From assembly GCA_963575745.1 (NCBI GenBank), contig CAUYUJ010000336.1, forward strand, positions 434,001 through 460,800: DNA of 26,800 nucleotides, in the 5' to 3' direction. The DNA is from Prorocentrum cordatum (Eukaryota). Shown in pieces: positions 11,268 through 22,206 of this stretch. The position numbers were made by a program, and so were the translations under genes. The notes under the pieces are model-generated. The model had not been told where the DNA came from and did no database searches. It saw only the letters and a program-made list of their open reading frames with translations. The first letter of the stretch is position 1. Every line of letters starts with the position of its first letter.

Positions 11268-11700
11268 GGATGCAACTCACGGGAAGCCTCTGTGTCTTTC
11301 GCGCCCTTGGATAGCGTCTGGTGGTGTCCGATAGCGTTTCTCGCGCGCCTGGACATCGTTTGATAGCGCCTGATAGCGTTCGGCCTCGGCCCCTTTGAAC
11401 GATATCCAACGCCTCGATAGCGCTCGATTGCACTCGCGCCTGATGATGCAGTCGATAGCGGTCAGCAGCGCTCACCCCTGGATAGCGTTCGTTTGCTCTC
11501 GGATATCATCACCATCCAAAGACACGTCATCATCGGATAGCGCTCGATAGCGCCTGATAACGTTCGGCCTCGGCCACGCTATCGAACCCTATCGAACGTC
11601 CTGGGCCGCTCGAGAACTGACGGGAAAAGGGGGGAGGGAGGAAGATGACGAGGAGAGGGAGAAAGGGGGAGGCGTTCCCTTGATGCTCCCTTGATGCCGA
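11268..11700 (+). mobile_element. Truncated second copy of the foldback element's left terminus
   Basis: Starts GGATGCAACTCACGGGAAGC, the same terminus as at 11727. Rich in GATAGCG. 11500-11670 is closely similar to 11990-12150. Confidence 0.8.
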
Positions 11701-12149
11701 CCGCCCCTTAGGCCTGCCACTCATTAGGATGCAACTCATGGGAAGCTATAGTGTAACGCTACTATGCTATGCTATTGTTCCCTGCGTGCGGACAGCGTGC
11801 CCATAGCGTCCCCACGGAGTTCCTCGTACGTGTCTAAGCATTATCACCATCGCCATCGAGCGCGAACGCTATCGGATGCTATCGAACGTTGTCCAGGCGC
11901 GCGCTATCGACATCTATGTCCGACGTGGATAGTGCTCGATAGCGTTCACGCCTGGATAGCGTTCGCGAGCGTTCGGATCTCCTCGATCTCAGCACCATCC
12001 AGAAAGACGTCATTATCGGATAGCGCTCGATAGTGCCTGATAGCGTTCGGCCTCGGCCACGCTATCAAACGCTATCGAACGTCCTTGACCGTTCGAGGAT
12101 TGAGTGGGGAGGGAGGAGGATGACGAGGAGGGAAAAAGGAGGAGGACCA

Positions 12150-12620
12150 GCGGAAAAGTGAGAATATTTGAAGGACGACGAGGTGGCCCTCGTGTTGCCA
12201 TCCCTGTCGCGGACCTTGACAAGGCCAGCGCCGAGGCTGAGCGTCCACGGCCTTGTCGTCGCGAATGCTCTGGTCAAAAAAACAGATGCCATCGGCTGGG
12301 CAGTTCGTAGGCAGGTCGTGGAAGTTGGTTGGATCCACGAGGTATTTTGGGGTCTCCCTCGGCGCGCGGGCAAGCTTGCTCTGGCACTGCGCCAGGTACG
12401 ATACCATCACCTCGGAGGTCGCGCTCGCTGTGAGACGGTAGCTCAAGAGGTCGGTGGCTGGTACGCCGGTGCCTTCCCTGGGAGATTTTGCGGGAGATTG
12501 GCCGACAGAGTTGAATATTGCCGGATGTATTCTTCATCATCGGCCATGGCCGTTGTGATCTTCGGCCTTTTCTTGGCCATGCAACGGATTGCGCGGGCCG
12601 CGCGCCATTATAGCCATTAT
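12150..12620 (-). pseudogene. Inverted, frameshifted counterpart of the same coding-like fragment in the left arm
   Basis: MAKKRPKITTAMADDEEYIRQY..., then a frameshift near 12470, then LLSYRLTASATSEVMVSYLAQCQSKLARAPRETPKYLVDPTNFHDLPTNCP. Confidence 0.45.
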
Positions 12621-14108
12621 GACGACAAGTTCCGCGCAGCCGTTGGCAGATGTACGCCAGGCGGCACCTTTGATCCAGGAGGGGCTAGTGGAGAAATACT
12701 TCCACGGCTTAGCATAGCAGAACACAAAACAAAGTTGGGACGTCGGTGTGGGTTCACAACGTCGGCCCCCGCAGCAGTTCATGATACCATCCTGATATTG
12801 TGATTGCAACGCGGAAGCATGAGTAGAGTAGTTCCCGTTCAGGGGGGAAGTTTTTTGTGTCCTTCAGAACCAGAGCATAGCATAGCGTACATCAGCCAAC
12901 CGACGTTGTGAGTGCAACATGGAAGCATGATTAGGTGAGTTCCCGCTCAAGGGGAGAATTCGTTATTTTTCCTCCCCCAGCATAGCCAGAGCATGGCATA
13001 GCGTAGCACACATCAACCATACCTGGGCATCTCGAAAGGCCCCTGCAACATGGAGATATCGGAAGCAGAGCCCAGGAGGGCCCTTCAAGGTTTTCTGGGG
13101 ACTCGAAATGCACTAACTATCCGCGCGATCTGGTCCCAGCTTGTTGCGCTGTGCGACGAAACTCACGCATAGAATTTGCATGGACACCTCCTGGGCCCTG
13201 ACTGGTTGAGTAGCCTCTCTCTCGGCCTTATGGGCCAAATATGTGTTCCCAATACAAGGATAGTATGATACGAGCAGAGATGCCCAATGCTTGTAAGGTC
13301 AGTCTGTTCTGGGAAGGGATACCCCTGGGACGTGCCCCCTAAGGCCGAAAGCCCCGAGGGGGTCCCTAGAAGGCTTCGAAAGGGCCCCGGGAGAGTTCCA
13401 AGACGGGGCCAGGAGGGCTCTAAGAGGGCCTCAAAGTTTTGAAACCGATTGGAGAACGTGAGGCCTTCTTGGAGCTCTCTCGGAGCCCACTCGGATACCT
13501 TTTGGTGGCTCTCCGAGTCGAATATGACGGTCCTCCGAACCCCCCGGGAGGGGCAGAGTAATCCTCCAACCAAAAGGGGTCCAGGATGGCTCCAAGAGGG
13601 CATCCAAGCTTTCAAACACAGTGAGAAACTTCAAGGCCCTCGTGGAGCCTCCTTGGGGCCTTCGCGGGGCCCTCTGGGACGGCACTGGAGGGCCACCGAA
13701 AGCTGAGAAAGGGGCCCAACGAAGGTACCAAGAGAGGTCCACGAGGGCTCCAACAGGCCCTCCCGGTTGTCCTGTCTTCTCCTTCAGAACTTGGAGGTTT
13801 TCTGGGAGCCCTCTCGGGGCCGTTGCGGGGCCGTCCGAGGCGGCATTGGGCCACTGAAAGCCCCGAAAGGTGCCCAAGACGGCGTTGAGAGGGCCTTTAG
13901 GAGAGTTCCACGACGGAAGGACGAGGAGACGAGGAGCGTGAGGAGGGAGGAGAATATAGGGGTTGCGAGGAGTGGGGAGCGGGCGGGAGGAGATGGGACA
14001 GACCGCTCAACGGACGTTATTGGGACGCTATCGGTCGCTATCTGCAGGAATCCGAAGGTGAACCACATCGGGACGTATTAGGACCCTATCGGGACGCTAC
14101 CTGTCGCT

Positions 14109-14690
14109 ATCCAATGGCATTCGACCCAACCCGCCACCGTGCGTGGGTTTTGGGTCAGAGGTATCAGGGATGTTTCTTGGGGTCTCTTCGGAGCGCTCTC
14201 GGGGTCCTCTTGGGGCAGTGTTGGGGGCCTCTTAGGGGCATCTTGAGGGCCTCCTGGAAGCCTCTTGGGGCCTCTTGGAAGCCTCATGGGGCCTCTTAGG
14301 GCCTCCTGGTGGCCCCTCGGGGCCGCGGGCTGGAAATGTCCGATTGGGTTCTGGTACCCCTTTGGGAGCCGTCTTTGGGCCCTCTTGGGCCGTCTTGGGC
14401 GCCTCTTGGGCCGTTTGGGGGCCCCCTGGGGCCATCTTGGGGCGCTCCAGGGTGCCTCTCGGTCCGTCTGGAGGCGGTTTGGGAGGCCTCGTGGGTCGTC
14501 TAGGAGCGTCGGAACGACGAAAGGGCGAGAACGCTAGCATCTTTCAAAATCCCAAGGTCAATGGTGTTGGCCTCTTGTGGCCCTCGTTGGGAGTGCTCTT
14601 GGAGGCGTCTCGGGACGTCTTGGAGGCCTCCTGGGCCGTCTTCGGGCCGTCTTGGACATCTGCGACTCGGGGGCCTCTTGCACCGTCTTC
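14109..14690 (-). mobile_element. Same element family (copy 2), inside the foldback spacer
   Basis: ATCCAATGGCATTCGACCCAACCCGCCACCGTGCGTGGG followed by a degenerate GGGGCCTCTT array. Confidence 0.55.
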
Positions 14691-15764
14691 GGGCCCTCTT
14701 GGAGCCCTCATGGACCCCTCTTGGAACCTTCTTTTGGTCCCTTTCGAACCGTCTCGGAGGGCCCCAAGAAGGCCCAAGGAGGGCCCCGAAGCTTTCTCTG
14801 TATGTAACAACATGGATGCCCTCTTGGAGCCATCCTGGGCCCCTCTTGATTGTAGCCCTCTCGGCGCTTTCGGTGGCCCTTTCAGCTCCAATTCGGAGAG
14901 CCAAAAGAGGTATCCGAATGAGCTCCGAGAAGGCTCCAGGAGGGCCTCACGTTCTTCAATTGGTTTCAGAACTTTGAGGCCCTCCTCTGCCCTCATGGGC
15001 CCGGCTTGGAACTCTCGGGGTCCTCTCAAAGCTTTCTTGGGCTCCTCTCGGCGTTTTAGGCCTTAGGGGGCACGTCACATGGGAATCCCTCCCCAAAGAA
15101 AGCCCGATGTGCAATGGCCCTGGGAGGCTTCCAGGAACACGTGTGTAGAACAGGGTGTGTTCATAAACATTGGACATCTCTGCCCTTATCAGACTACCCT
15201 TGAGTTGGGGGCACATCTCGCCGATAGGGCCAAAAAGAAGGTTTTTTTAACCAGCCAGAGCCTAGAGATGCCCATGTTAATTCTGTGGATGGGGTTCTGT
15301 CGCACAGCGCAACAAGCTAGAGCCAGAGGCGCGCGGAAGTTAGTGCACGTCGAGTCCCCAGAAGGGCCTTGAAGATCATTCCTGGTTCCGTTTCCGATAT
15401 CTCCATGCTGCAGGGGTTTTTCGGGATGCCCGGGTTTGGTTGACGTATGCTAAAGTGTGCCATGCTCTGGCCATGCAGGGAGGGGAACAGTAACACCTTT
15501 CCCCCACAGCGGGAGCTCATCTATTCGTGTTTCCATATTACGCACAACGTCGGTTGGCTGATGTATGCTAAGCTATGCTCTGGTTCTGCATGCAGGGGAC
15601 AAGTAACACATTGTAACTCCCTGAGGGGGAGCTACACAACTTATGCATCCATGTTACATTCACGACGCCGGAATGGTGATCTGAAATGTTGCGGGGGTCC
15701 TCCCTGGATCAAAGGCGCCGCCTGTCCGCGTGGATGTGCCAGCTGCTACGCGTAGCATGTCGTC

Positions 15765-16190
15765 TTGATGGTTCTCGCGGTTAGTAAAGATGGCCAGAAG
15801 CGCGCGGCCCGCGGAATTTGCGAAATGGCCAAGAAGAGCCCGAAGATCACAACGGACATGGCCAACGATGAGGAGTACATCTGGCGGTATTTGATTATGT
15901 CGGCCAGTCTCCCGCAAGATCGGCCAGGGGGGGTATCGGCCACCTACCTCCTGAGCTACCGTCTCACGGCCAGCACGACCACCGAGGTGATGGTATCGTA
16001 TTTGGCGCAGTGCCAGAGCGAGCTTGCCCGCGCGCCGAGGGAGGCCCCAAAATACCTCGTGGACCCAACCAGCTTCCACGACCTGCCTGCGAACTGCCCG
16101 CCGATGGAGCCTGGCTTGAGCACTCGCGACGACAAGGCCGTGGACGCTCAGCTTCGGCGCTGGCCTCGTCAAGGTCCGCGCCAGGGCTGA
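15765..16190 (+). pseudogene. Decayed coding-like fragment in the right foldback arm (unknown protein)
   Basis: Reads ...MAKKSPKITTDMANDEEYIWRYLIMSASLPQ...LLSYRLTASTTTEVMVSYLAQCQSELARAPREAPKYLVDPTSFHDLPANCP. Normal amino-acid composition in a low-complexity background. No family recognised. Confidence 0.45.
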
Positions 16191-16800
16191 CAACACGAGG
16201 GCCACCTCGCTATCCTTCAAACAAATATTCCTCTTTTCCGCTGGTCCTTCCCTTTCTCCCTCTCCTCGTCATCCTCCACCATCCCCCCTCAGTCCTCGAA
16301 CGGTTAAGGACGCTCGATCGCGTTCAATAGCGTGGTCGAGACGCTATCGAGCGCTATCCGATAATGTCGTCTCTCTGGATGGTGCTGAGATCGAGGAGAT
16401 CAGAACGCTCGCGAACGCTGTCAAGGCGTGAACGCTATCGAGCACTATCCATGTCGGACATAGATGTCGATAGCGCGCGCCTGGACAACGTTCGATAGCA
16501 TCCAATAGCATTCGCGCTCGATGGTGATGGTGGTAATGCTTAGACGTGCGAGGAGCTCCGTGGGGACGCTATGGGCACGCTGTCCGCACGCAGGGAACAA
16601 TAACAGACCATAGTAGCGTTACACTATAGTTTCCCATGAGTTGCATCCTAATAGGGGACTTGGACGCCAGGGTATACTACAGCATCGCTGATGCATCCTG
16701 GATTTCCCTGGTTCTCTTTCTCCTCTTCCGCCTCATTTCCTCTCAGGCCTTCATCCTTCCCCCGCCTTCTCATCACTAGCACCCTCTTCGCCTCGCCCAG

Positions 16801-16860
16801 GATCGGGATGCCGCTGGGGACAGCAAGAGGCAAAGCTTCAAGGATGAGGACGTCTGCAAG
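16801..16860 (+). CDS. LUC7: LUC7 coding exon 2 (DRDAAGDSKRQSFKDEDVCK)
   Basis: Preceded by a pyrimidine tract and CCCAG|G. 60 nt, phase 0/0. Encodes the 'R...F.D..VC' segment leading into zinc finger 1. Ends AAG|GA (GA donor). Absent from the ORF track. Confidence 0.9.
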
Positions 16861-17214
16861 GACCCGCCCCCATTCTTTATGGCCACGAGGGGAGGGGTTC
16901 TGACAAGCTAGGTGTGCTCGCGTCATATCTGACGTCCTACCCCTCTCTCCCATCCTTTACCATGGAGTAGATCTCCTCTCCATCCGCACAATCGGGTGTC
17001 GCAGCATGGCGTAGCCGTACGTGGCGTAGCATGGTGGTGAAGATCAACGTGTAGCATGACATAGCATGGCGTGGCGATGCCCCACAGTGGGGGGGGCTTC
17101 TGCGGCCCAACAAATCAACGAATCGGCACCGAATGTGGAATCACTTTCGATGTTTTTTCGGGCGACTTGGAATGACCGAAAACCATGCCGTGGCATAGCT
17201 CTGGAAGTAATGAC

Positions 17215-17395
17215 GCCAGCGCTTCAGCGGGAGCACGATTCGGGACGAGCGGAAGCGCGGAAATGAAGCCAACGTTGCAGCGGGAACACGATTCGGGACG
17301 AGCGGAAGTGCGAAAATAAGGCCAGCGCTACAGCGGGAGCACGATTCGGAACGAGCGGAAGGCCGAAAATGAAGCCAGCGCTGCAGCGGGAGCAA
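17215..17395. repeat. 53-bp tandem repeat, about 3.4 copies
   Basis: GCCAGCGCT.CAGCGGGAGCACGATTCGGGACGAGCGGAAG at 17215, 17268, 17321 and 17374. Confidence 0.95.
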
Positions 17396-19134
17396 CATTT
17401 TGAACAAAAACCCTAGCGAAAACCCAATTCCTGGGAATCTTGTGTGTCAAAAAAAACAGTACGCGGAGAGGGGCCGGATATCTTCCGGCCGTCATCAGGG
17501 GAGAGAGGCGAGAAGTATTCATGTTGTGTGTTAAAGATTTGCGACCCGGACCTCCGACGATTCGATTGTTTCGAGTCGTTGATCCTTGGAACTCTCGGAA
17601 CAGAGTCGTTGGTTCCTTGTTTCGAGTCGCTGCTTAGGGAACACGAGAACGGAAAACATTGTTTGGCTCGAGCCTTGTTTCGTCATGTGTCGTTTCTTCG
17701 ACGATCCTGGGGTCCCAGAAGTGATCTCCAGATGCCGATTCTTGCTGGTAGCGGCGCGGGTTTCTTCGAGCCGCCGGGGGCCTGGGGGAGGGAGGCTGTC
17801 GCTGGGCAGGGCGGCGTGACCGCCGCCTGGCAGGCCGACCCCTCCGCGCACCCTCCCCCTCAGGGATCCTCGTCTGCCGTTTGCCAACTCGCCTCCTTCT
17901 CCCTGGGCCTGTGCGGGGCGACGTGGTCGTCACGGAGGGGAGCGGCTGGGCCGCGCCCGAGAGGGGAGGAGGCATAGGGAGGGCAAGGAGGAACGACCCC
18001 TTGGTGAGACGCGTCCCTTGCCGAAGAACATCACAACTTCGCGGGCCAGGGCCCCAAGATCCTCCACCGCTATCGAGTCGGCTCACCACGCCTTCTCGAG
18101 ACGGGCCTCTTGTGCAATGAGGGTCTTGGGGACATCTGAGGGGCCTGTACAAGGAGCCTTGAGCGCCAACACCCGACCCCACAGCCCCACAAGTACGCAC
18201 AGCGCTCGCAAACATCGATCAAGCAGGCTTCGGCCATCCGATGGCCGAGGATGAGGAGGAGTACCCAATCGGCTTGGCCGGGCCTATCTGGGCCATCCGC
18301 CACAGCCGCCACGGGACCCACGGGATTCTCCCCAGACGGGCCAGCCACGGACCCCGCAGGACCACCCACCCCCCAGGCCCCCCACCATTCCCAGGGGAGG
18401 GCCCTCATGGACCCTGGCAGCCGCTTCCAAGGCCTTCGGGACCGCCTCGGTAACCATCGGCCTCCCGTCGGGGAGGCCAGGGAAAGCACGGGCGGCCTAG
18501 GCAATGGGAGTTCTTGCTCGAAGGACTGTGGATCCGTCTGATGATTACGCCAAGAGGCTCCCTGGAGGCCTCCAAGGTCCAAGGATAGGCTGGGGGGGAG
18601 GGGGGAAGGGGGTGGCGGGCGGCGCCAGTGCCATGCCGAAATGCCACCATCCCTTTGGGCGCAGATGGTCTAGTGTATTCTCCGTTCCTCCTCGACAGAA
18701 GCTCTCTTCAACTGTATGTTGGTTCGGGGGGGGGGCGGGCGGTCAGCGCCCAGGACGGGCCAATTCATTCCTCCTCCGTTTTCCCTCCTTCCTCCCTTCA
18801 TCCCTCCTCCCTCCCAGACCTCCTGACTACAAGGCATCGCCGAAGTGCCGGCGTCGGCGAAGGGCGGGCGCGGCGCCGGCGGTGCCATGCCGAAATCCCA
18901 CCAGCCTTCTGGGCGCATGTTGTCTCGCATAGTCACCTCTCCTCTTGCCGACCCCTTCTTCCCTTCGGGGAGGGGCTCCCCTCCCGTGTTCGTTTGGGGG
19001 AGCGAGCGGTCAGAGCGCCCAAGATGGCCCGAGATTGCTCCAGCAGGGCCTCCGAGGCCTTCAGATGGCCTCCAAGATGGGCTCAAGACAGCTCCGCACG
19101 TTGAAAGTGGTGCGCGGCCAACAAGAATGGCCGG

Positions 19135-19870
19135 GACGGAGGGGGCATTAGGGTTGCTGGGGCCACTCGGGAAAAATGACGGGGTTGTTCCTGCGGGGGG
19201 GGATTGGAAGGGTGGGGGGGTGCGACGCGAAAGTAAAAGGGTCGGGGTGGAGGGGGCACTGGGCTGCTGGAGGACAGTGGGGACCGGGGGCGGGCGGGGG
19301 GCCTGCGGGGCGTGAGGTCTGGGGACGGGGGGGCGGGGCCGGTGGTCTGCAGTGGGGATAGGGGGTGGGCGCGGTGGCCTGCCGAAGGGAGGGGCGTGGG
19401 GAGCTGGGGCTGCTACGCAAAAGTTGAAAATGGCCAGGGCGGAGGCGGCACTGGGCCGCTGGAGGACAGTGGGGAGAAGGGGGCGGGGGCGCCAGCCTGC
19501 GGAGGGGCAAGAGGGGCCCGCGCGGAAGGGTGGGGGGGGAATGCGACTGCGACCCGATAAGTCGAGTAGTCGGGGCGGAGGGGACACTGGGTGGCGGGCT
19601 GCGACGCGAATAGTAAAATCGTTGGGGCGAGGAGGGCACTGGGCTGCACTGGGCTGCGGGAGGACAGCGGGCGGTGGCGGAGGGGCTTGTCGGGAGGTGG
19701 GGGTGGGGGGGGCGCGTGGGGGGGGTGTGGGGGTGGCCACACGAAAAATAGCATGCCCGAGGCGGTGGGGCCACTGATCTGCTGGTGGACAGCGGGAACA
19801 AATAACTGGGGAAAGGTGCGCCAGCTTGCAATTGAGAAGGGGTAGGGAGGGAGGCTGCGACACGAAAAAA
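19135..19870 (+). repeat. G-rich degenerate repeat with G-quadruplex potential
   Basis: Recurring GGCACTGGGC.GCTGGAGGACAG.GGG and TGCGACGCGAAA motifs between long G runs. Confidence 0.75.
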
Positions 19871-20199
19871 CAACAATGGTCGGAGCTCTAGACACCCTGT
19901 GCAAGAGAACGAGGATTAAGAGGCGCGGGCTGGGAAGTTTATGAATGACACCCGAGGACCTTGGTTCGTCCAGAAATGGCAGGGTCAGAGTCGCACGGTG
20001 GAGATGCAACCAACCTGGGCGCTCTAGGAGGGGGAGGGGGAAGAGGCAGTACGTAAAGCATACGGGCAGCGAAGACGAGGATGAGCAGGACGGGGGATGC
20101 CCAGGATGACCAGAAGAGGGAGGGCGGGCAGGGGCGTAACATGGGAGCGACGAGAAGGTGAAAGGATGGGAATATCATTGCGCTGCCCCAGCGCGCCAG

Positions 20200-20244
20200 T
20201 ACTATCTCGTCGGCGAGTGTCCCCACGACATGTTTGCCAACCAG
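20200..20244 (+). CDS. LUC7: LUC7 coding exon 3 (YYLVGECPHDMFANQ)
   Basis: CCAG| acceptor. Peptide matches the LUC7 ZnF1 motif Y-L-x3-C-P-H-D-[LM]-F-x-N. Ends CAG|GA (GA donor), phase 0. Confidence 0.93.
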
Positions 20245-20574
20245 GAGTGCCAAGTCTCGTGTGTCTCTCTCAGTTCCACCGCCTCGCCCCCCCTGTCCGC
20301 CAGCCCCGTGCCTGATTCACCTTTTGCCCATCACCGTTGACCACCGTTGTGCTGCCCTGTCCTCAGCAGCATCGCGTCTCTCCGCGCACCCATGGTTGCT
20401 TACTCTTACCCATTGTTTACCAGTGGCGTATCGTTGTCGGGTCTTCTTTATTTGCAGCACGCTCATTGCTGGCCTCGCACACTTGGTCGCGCAATCGGTC
20501 TCATCCTTTGTGTTCCTCCCCTTCCCCTCCCTCTCTTGCGGGTACCATCATCAAATTGCTGCCAGCCGAGTCAG

Positions 20575-20672
20575 GAGGGCAAGGTCGCGGTCAACAGCCC
20601 CATCGGCGCGTGCAAAAAACAGCATTCGGAGGCGATGAGGGAACGCCTCAAGTCGGACAGAGACTACCGCAG
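20575..20672 (+). CDS. LUC7: LUC7 coding exon 4 (EGKVAVNSPIGACKKQHSEAMRERLKSDRDYR + AG)
   Basis: TCAG|G acceptor; an in-frame alternative AG at 20564-20565 would add PSQ. Supplies the G-x-C-x3-H that completes ZnF1. Ends CAG|GC (GC donor, phase 2). Confidence 0.88.
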
Positions 20673-21320
20673 GCGCCTCCTCTATCTGTGTTGCCCCCTT
20701 CATCCTCCTCATCCTCATCTCGCCCATCATGATCCTTCTCGTCCTCCTGCCCCTGATCTCCTTGCTCCCGCTTCCCCCCTCGTTCGCTCACTGGCTAATC
20801 GTCGTCGTTGTCGCCTTCCTCCTATCAGCCTCATCCGCCTCTTCCCCGAGCCATTCAGACCGAGCCGGTATGCCTTGATCTTGCTGTCATCAACGTGTTG
20901 GGGCCGAGCCATTGGCCAGACACGGGCCGCCCGTCGGGAACGCCCGACACATCCTCCAGACTCTCGTTGTCCACCCCGCCTCTCCCCTCCTCTCGTCGCC
21001 CCCTCTCTCCCCCTCTCGCTTCACGCTGCGTTGGATGTCTTGCAGAGGCAGGTTGGAGGCATCAGTTGCTGAGTGTGGCAGGGGCCCGCTCGGGCTGATA
21101 CGTATTTGGTTGGGAATACGTGTCGCCAGGCTATTGCCGAAGCATTGTGCTGGCACTCTGTGCACAACACCTTTTCCCTCGTCCCTCGTCAACTGCTCCA
21201 CCTCCTCATGAGCACTGATCGTTTTTCCCCCGAAGACGTCTTGAGAACGGCGCGCCCCCTTCTGCGTAGCGCTGTTTTTTAATACCAAAAAACGGAGTGG
21301 TTCGAGTTTGCTTGTTCTGT

Positions 21321-21369
21321 TGTGTGTGTGTGTGCGTGTGTGTGTGTGTGAGTGTGTGTGTGTGTGTGT
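21321..21369. repeat. (TG)n microsatellite
   Basis: Directly visible. Confidence 0.95.
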
Positions 21370-22206
21370 CATCCGACCGTTCTCAGCCTTCTCAGAATAT
21401 GGTGTTCCCGCCGCACGGTGGGTCTCAGTTGAGGATCGGGGCTTTGCTCCCGTCGTTCGGAGTGGCGTTGTCGCCCCAGCGCGGGCCAGTTTTCTGAATC
21501 CGAGTCCTTCCTCATCCTTGTCGCCCTCCTCCTTTTCCCTCCTCCTCCTTCCCCTTATCCTCCCGCTCCTCCCGCTCCTCCCACTCCCGTTCCTGCTGTT
21601 GCTGTTCGTACTCGTCCTCCTCCTTCCTCGTCCTGATCCTTTTCCTCCTGCTCATCTTCCTTCTCATCCGCCCCCTCCTCCAATGCACGCATCTCCCATT
21701 TCCAGACTGTGCATGGCATGGTAGTGGTCTTTTTGGAGTTCCAGGTCCGCTTTGACACGCGTCGGCGTACACAGAAACACACGTCAGTGCAATGAGATGC
21801 GATGAGTGGGAGGGTAGGATGTCGGATACTGCGCGAGCGCAGCCAGCTCGCCTTCCCCCCGCTCCCCCCCAGAGCTCCCCATGAACAAACTCTCCAAGGG
21901 GAAGCACTTCAGCCACGCCTTTCTCTCGTACGTCCATGCGGACTCCCCCACACAGCCGCCCCACGCCCGGGCGCTCGAGGCCCCCAGCCAGGCCGCCGCG
22001 TTCCGCTTCTTGCATCCCGCTCCACTGCCTGAAAGTCCCTGCACGCGCTGATCAGCTGCAGCAGTCCCTGCCGCCAGCTCGCGCCGGGCAGTAGTGATTT
22101 CAGATCCCAGGTTGTGCCATTCCAGCTCGTCTCACACCACACCACCATCTTTCTACTACGCACGTGGTAGATGACGTCCCTGTGCGCCAGACCGCACCCG
22201 AACCCA

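Larger units (their letters stand above)
11725..16650. mobile_element. ~4.9 kb foldback / long-TIR DNA element, non-autonomous, in LUC7 intron 1
   Basis: Left end TAGGATGCAACTCATGGGAAGCTATAGTGTAACGCTACTATG is the reverse complement of the right end ...CATAGTAGCGTTACACTATAGTTTCCCATGAGTTGCATCCTA (1 mismatch). Inverted similarity can be followed from 11725 to ~13760 against 16650 to ~14690. Flanks fit a TA (or AT) target-site duplication. Many subterminal GATAGCG/CGCTATC motifs. Confidence 0.9.

Noticed and set aside
12168..12803. 211-aa + strand ORF (and its mirror 15660-16220) as a transposase
   Set aside because: No DDE, HTH or zinc-finger motif is visible and the two arm copies disagree in frame. 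The opposite strand looks more protein-like.
18670..19863. 397-aa proline-rich ORF
   Set aside because: It is the antisense reading of the G-rich repeat and shows no domain signal.
20245..20250. Canonical GT donor for intron 3 by sliding the junction 2 nt (CAGGA|GT)
   Set aside because: The same mRNA would then need a GA acceptor; GA-AG is the consistent reading.
20347..21072. 241-aa ORF as a complete gene
   Set aside because: Only 20575-20672 matches LUC7; the rest is read-through into low-complexity intron.
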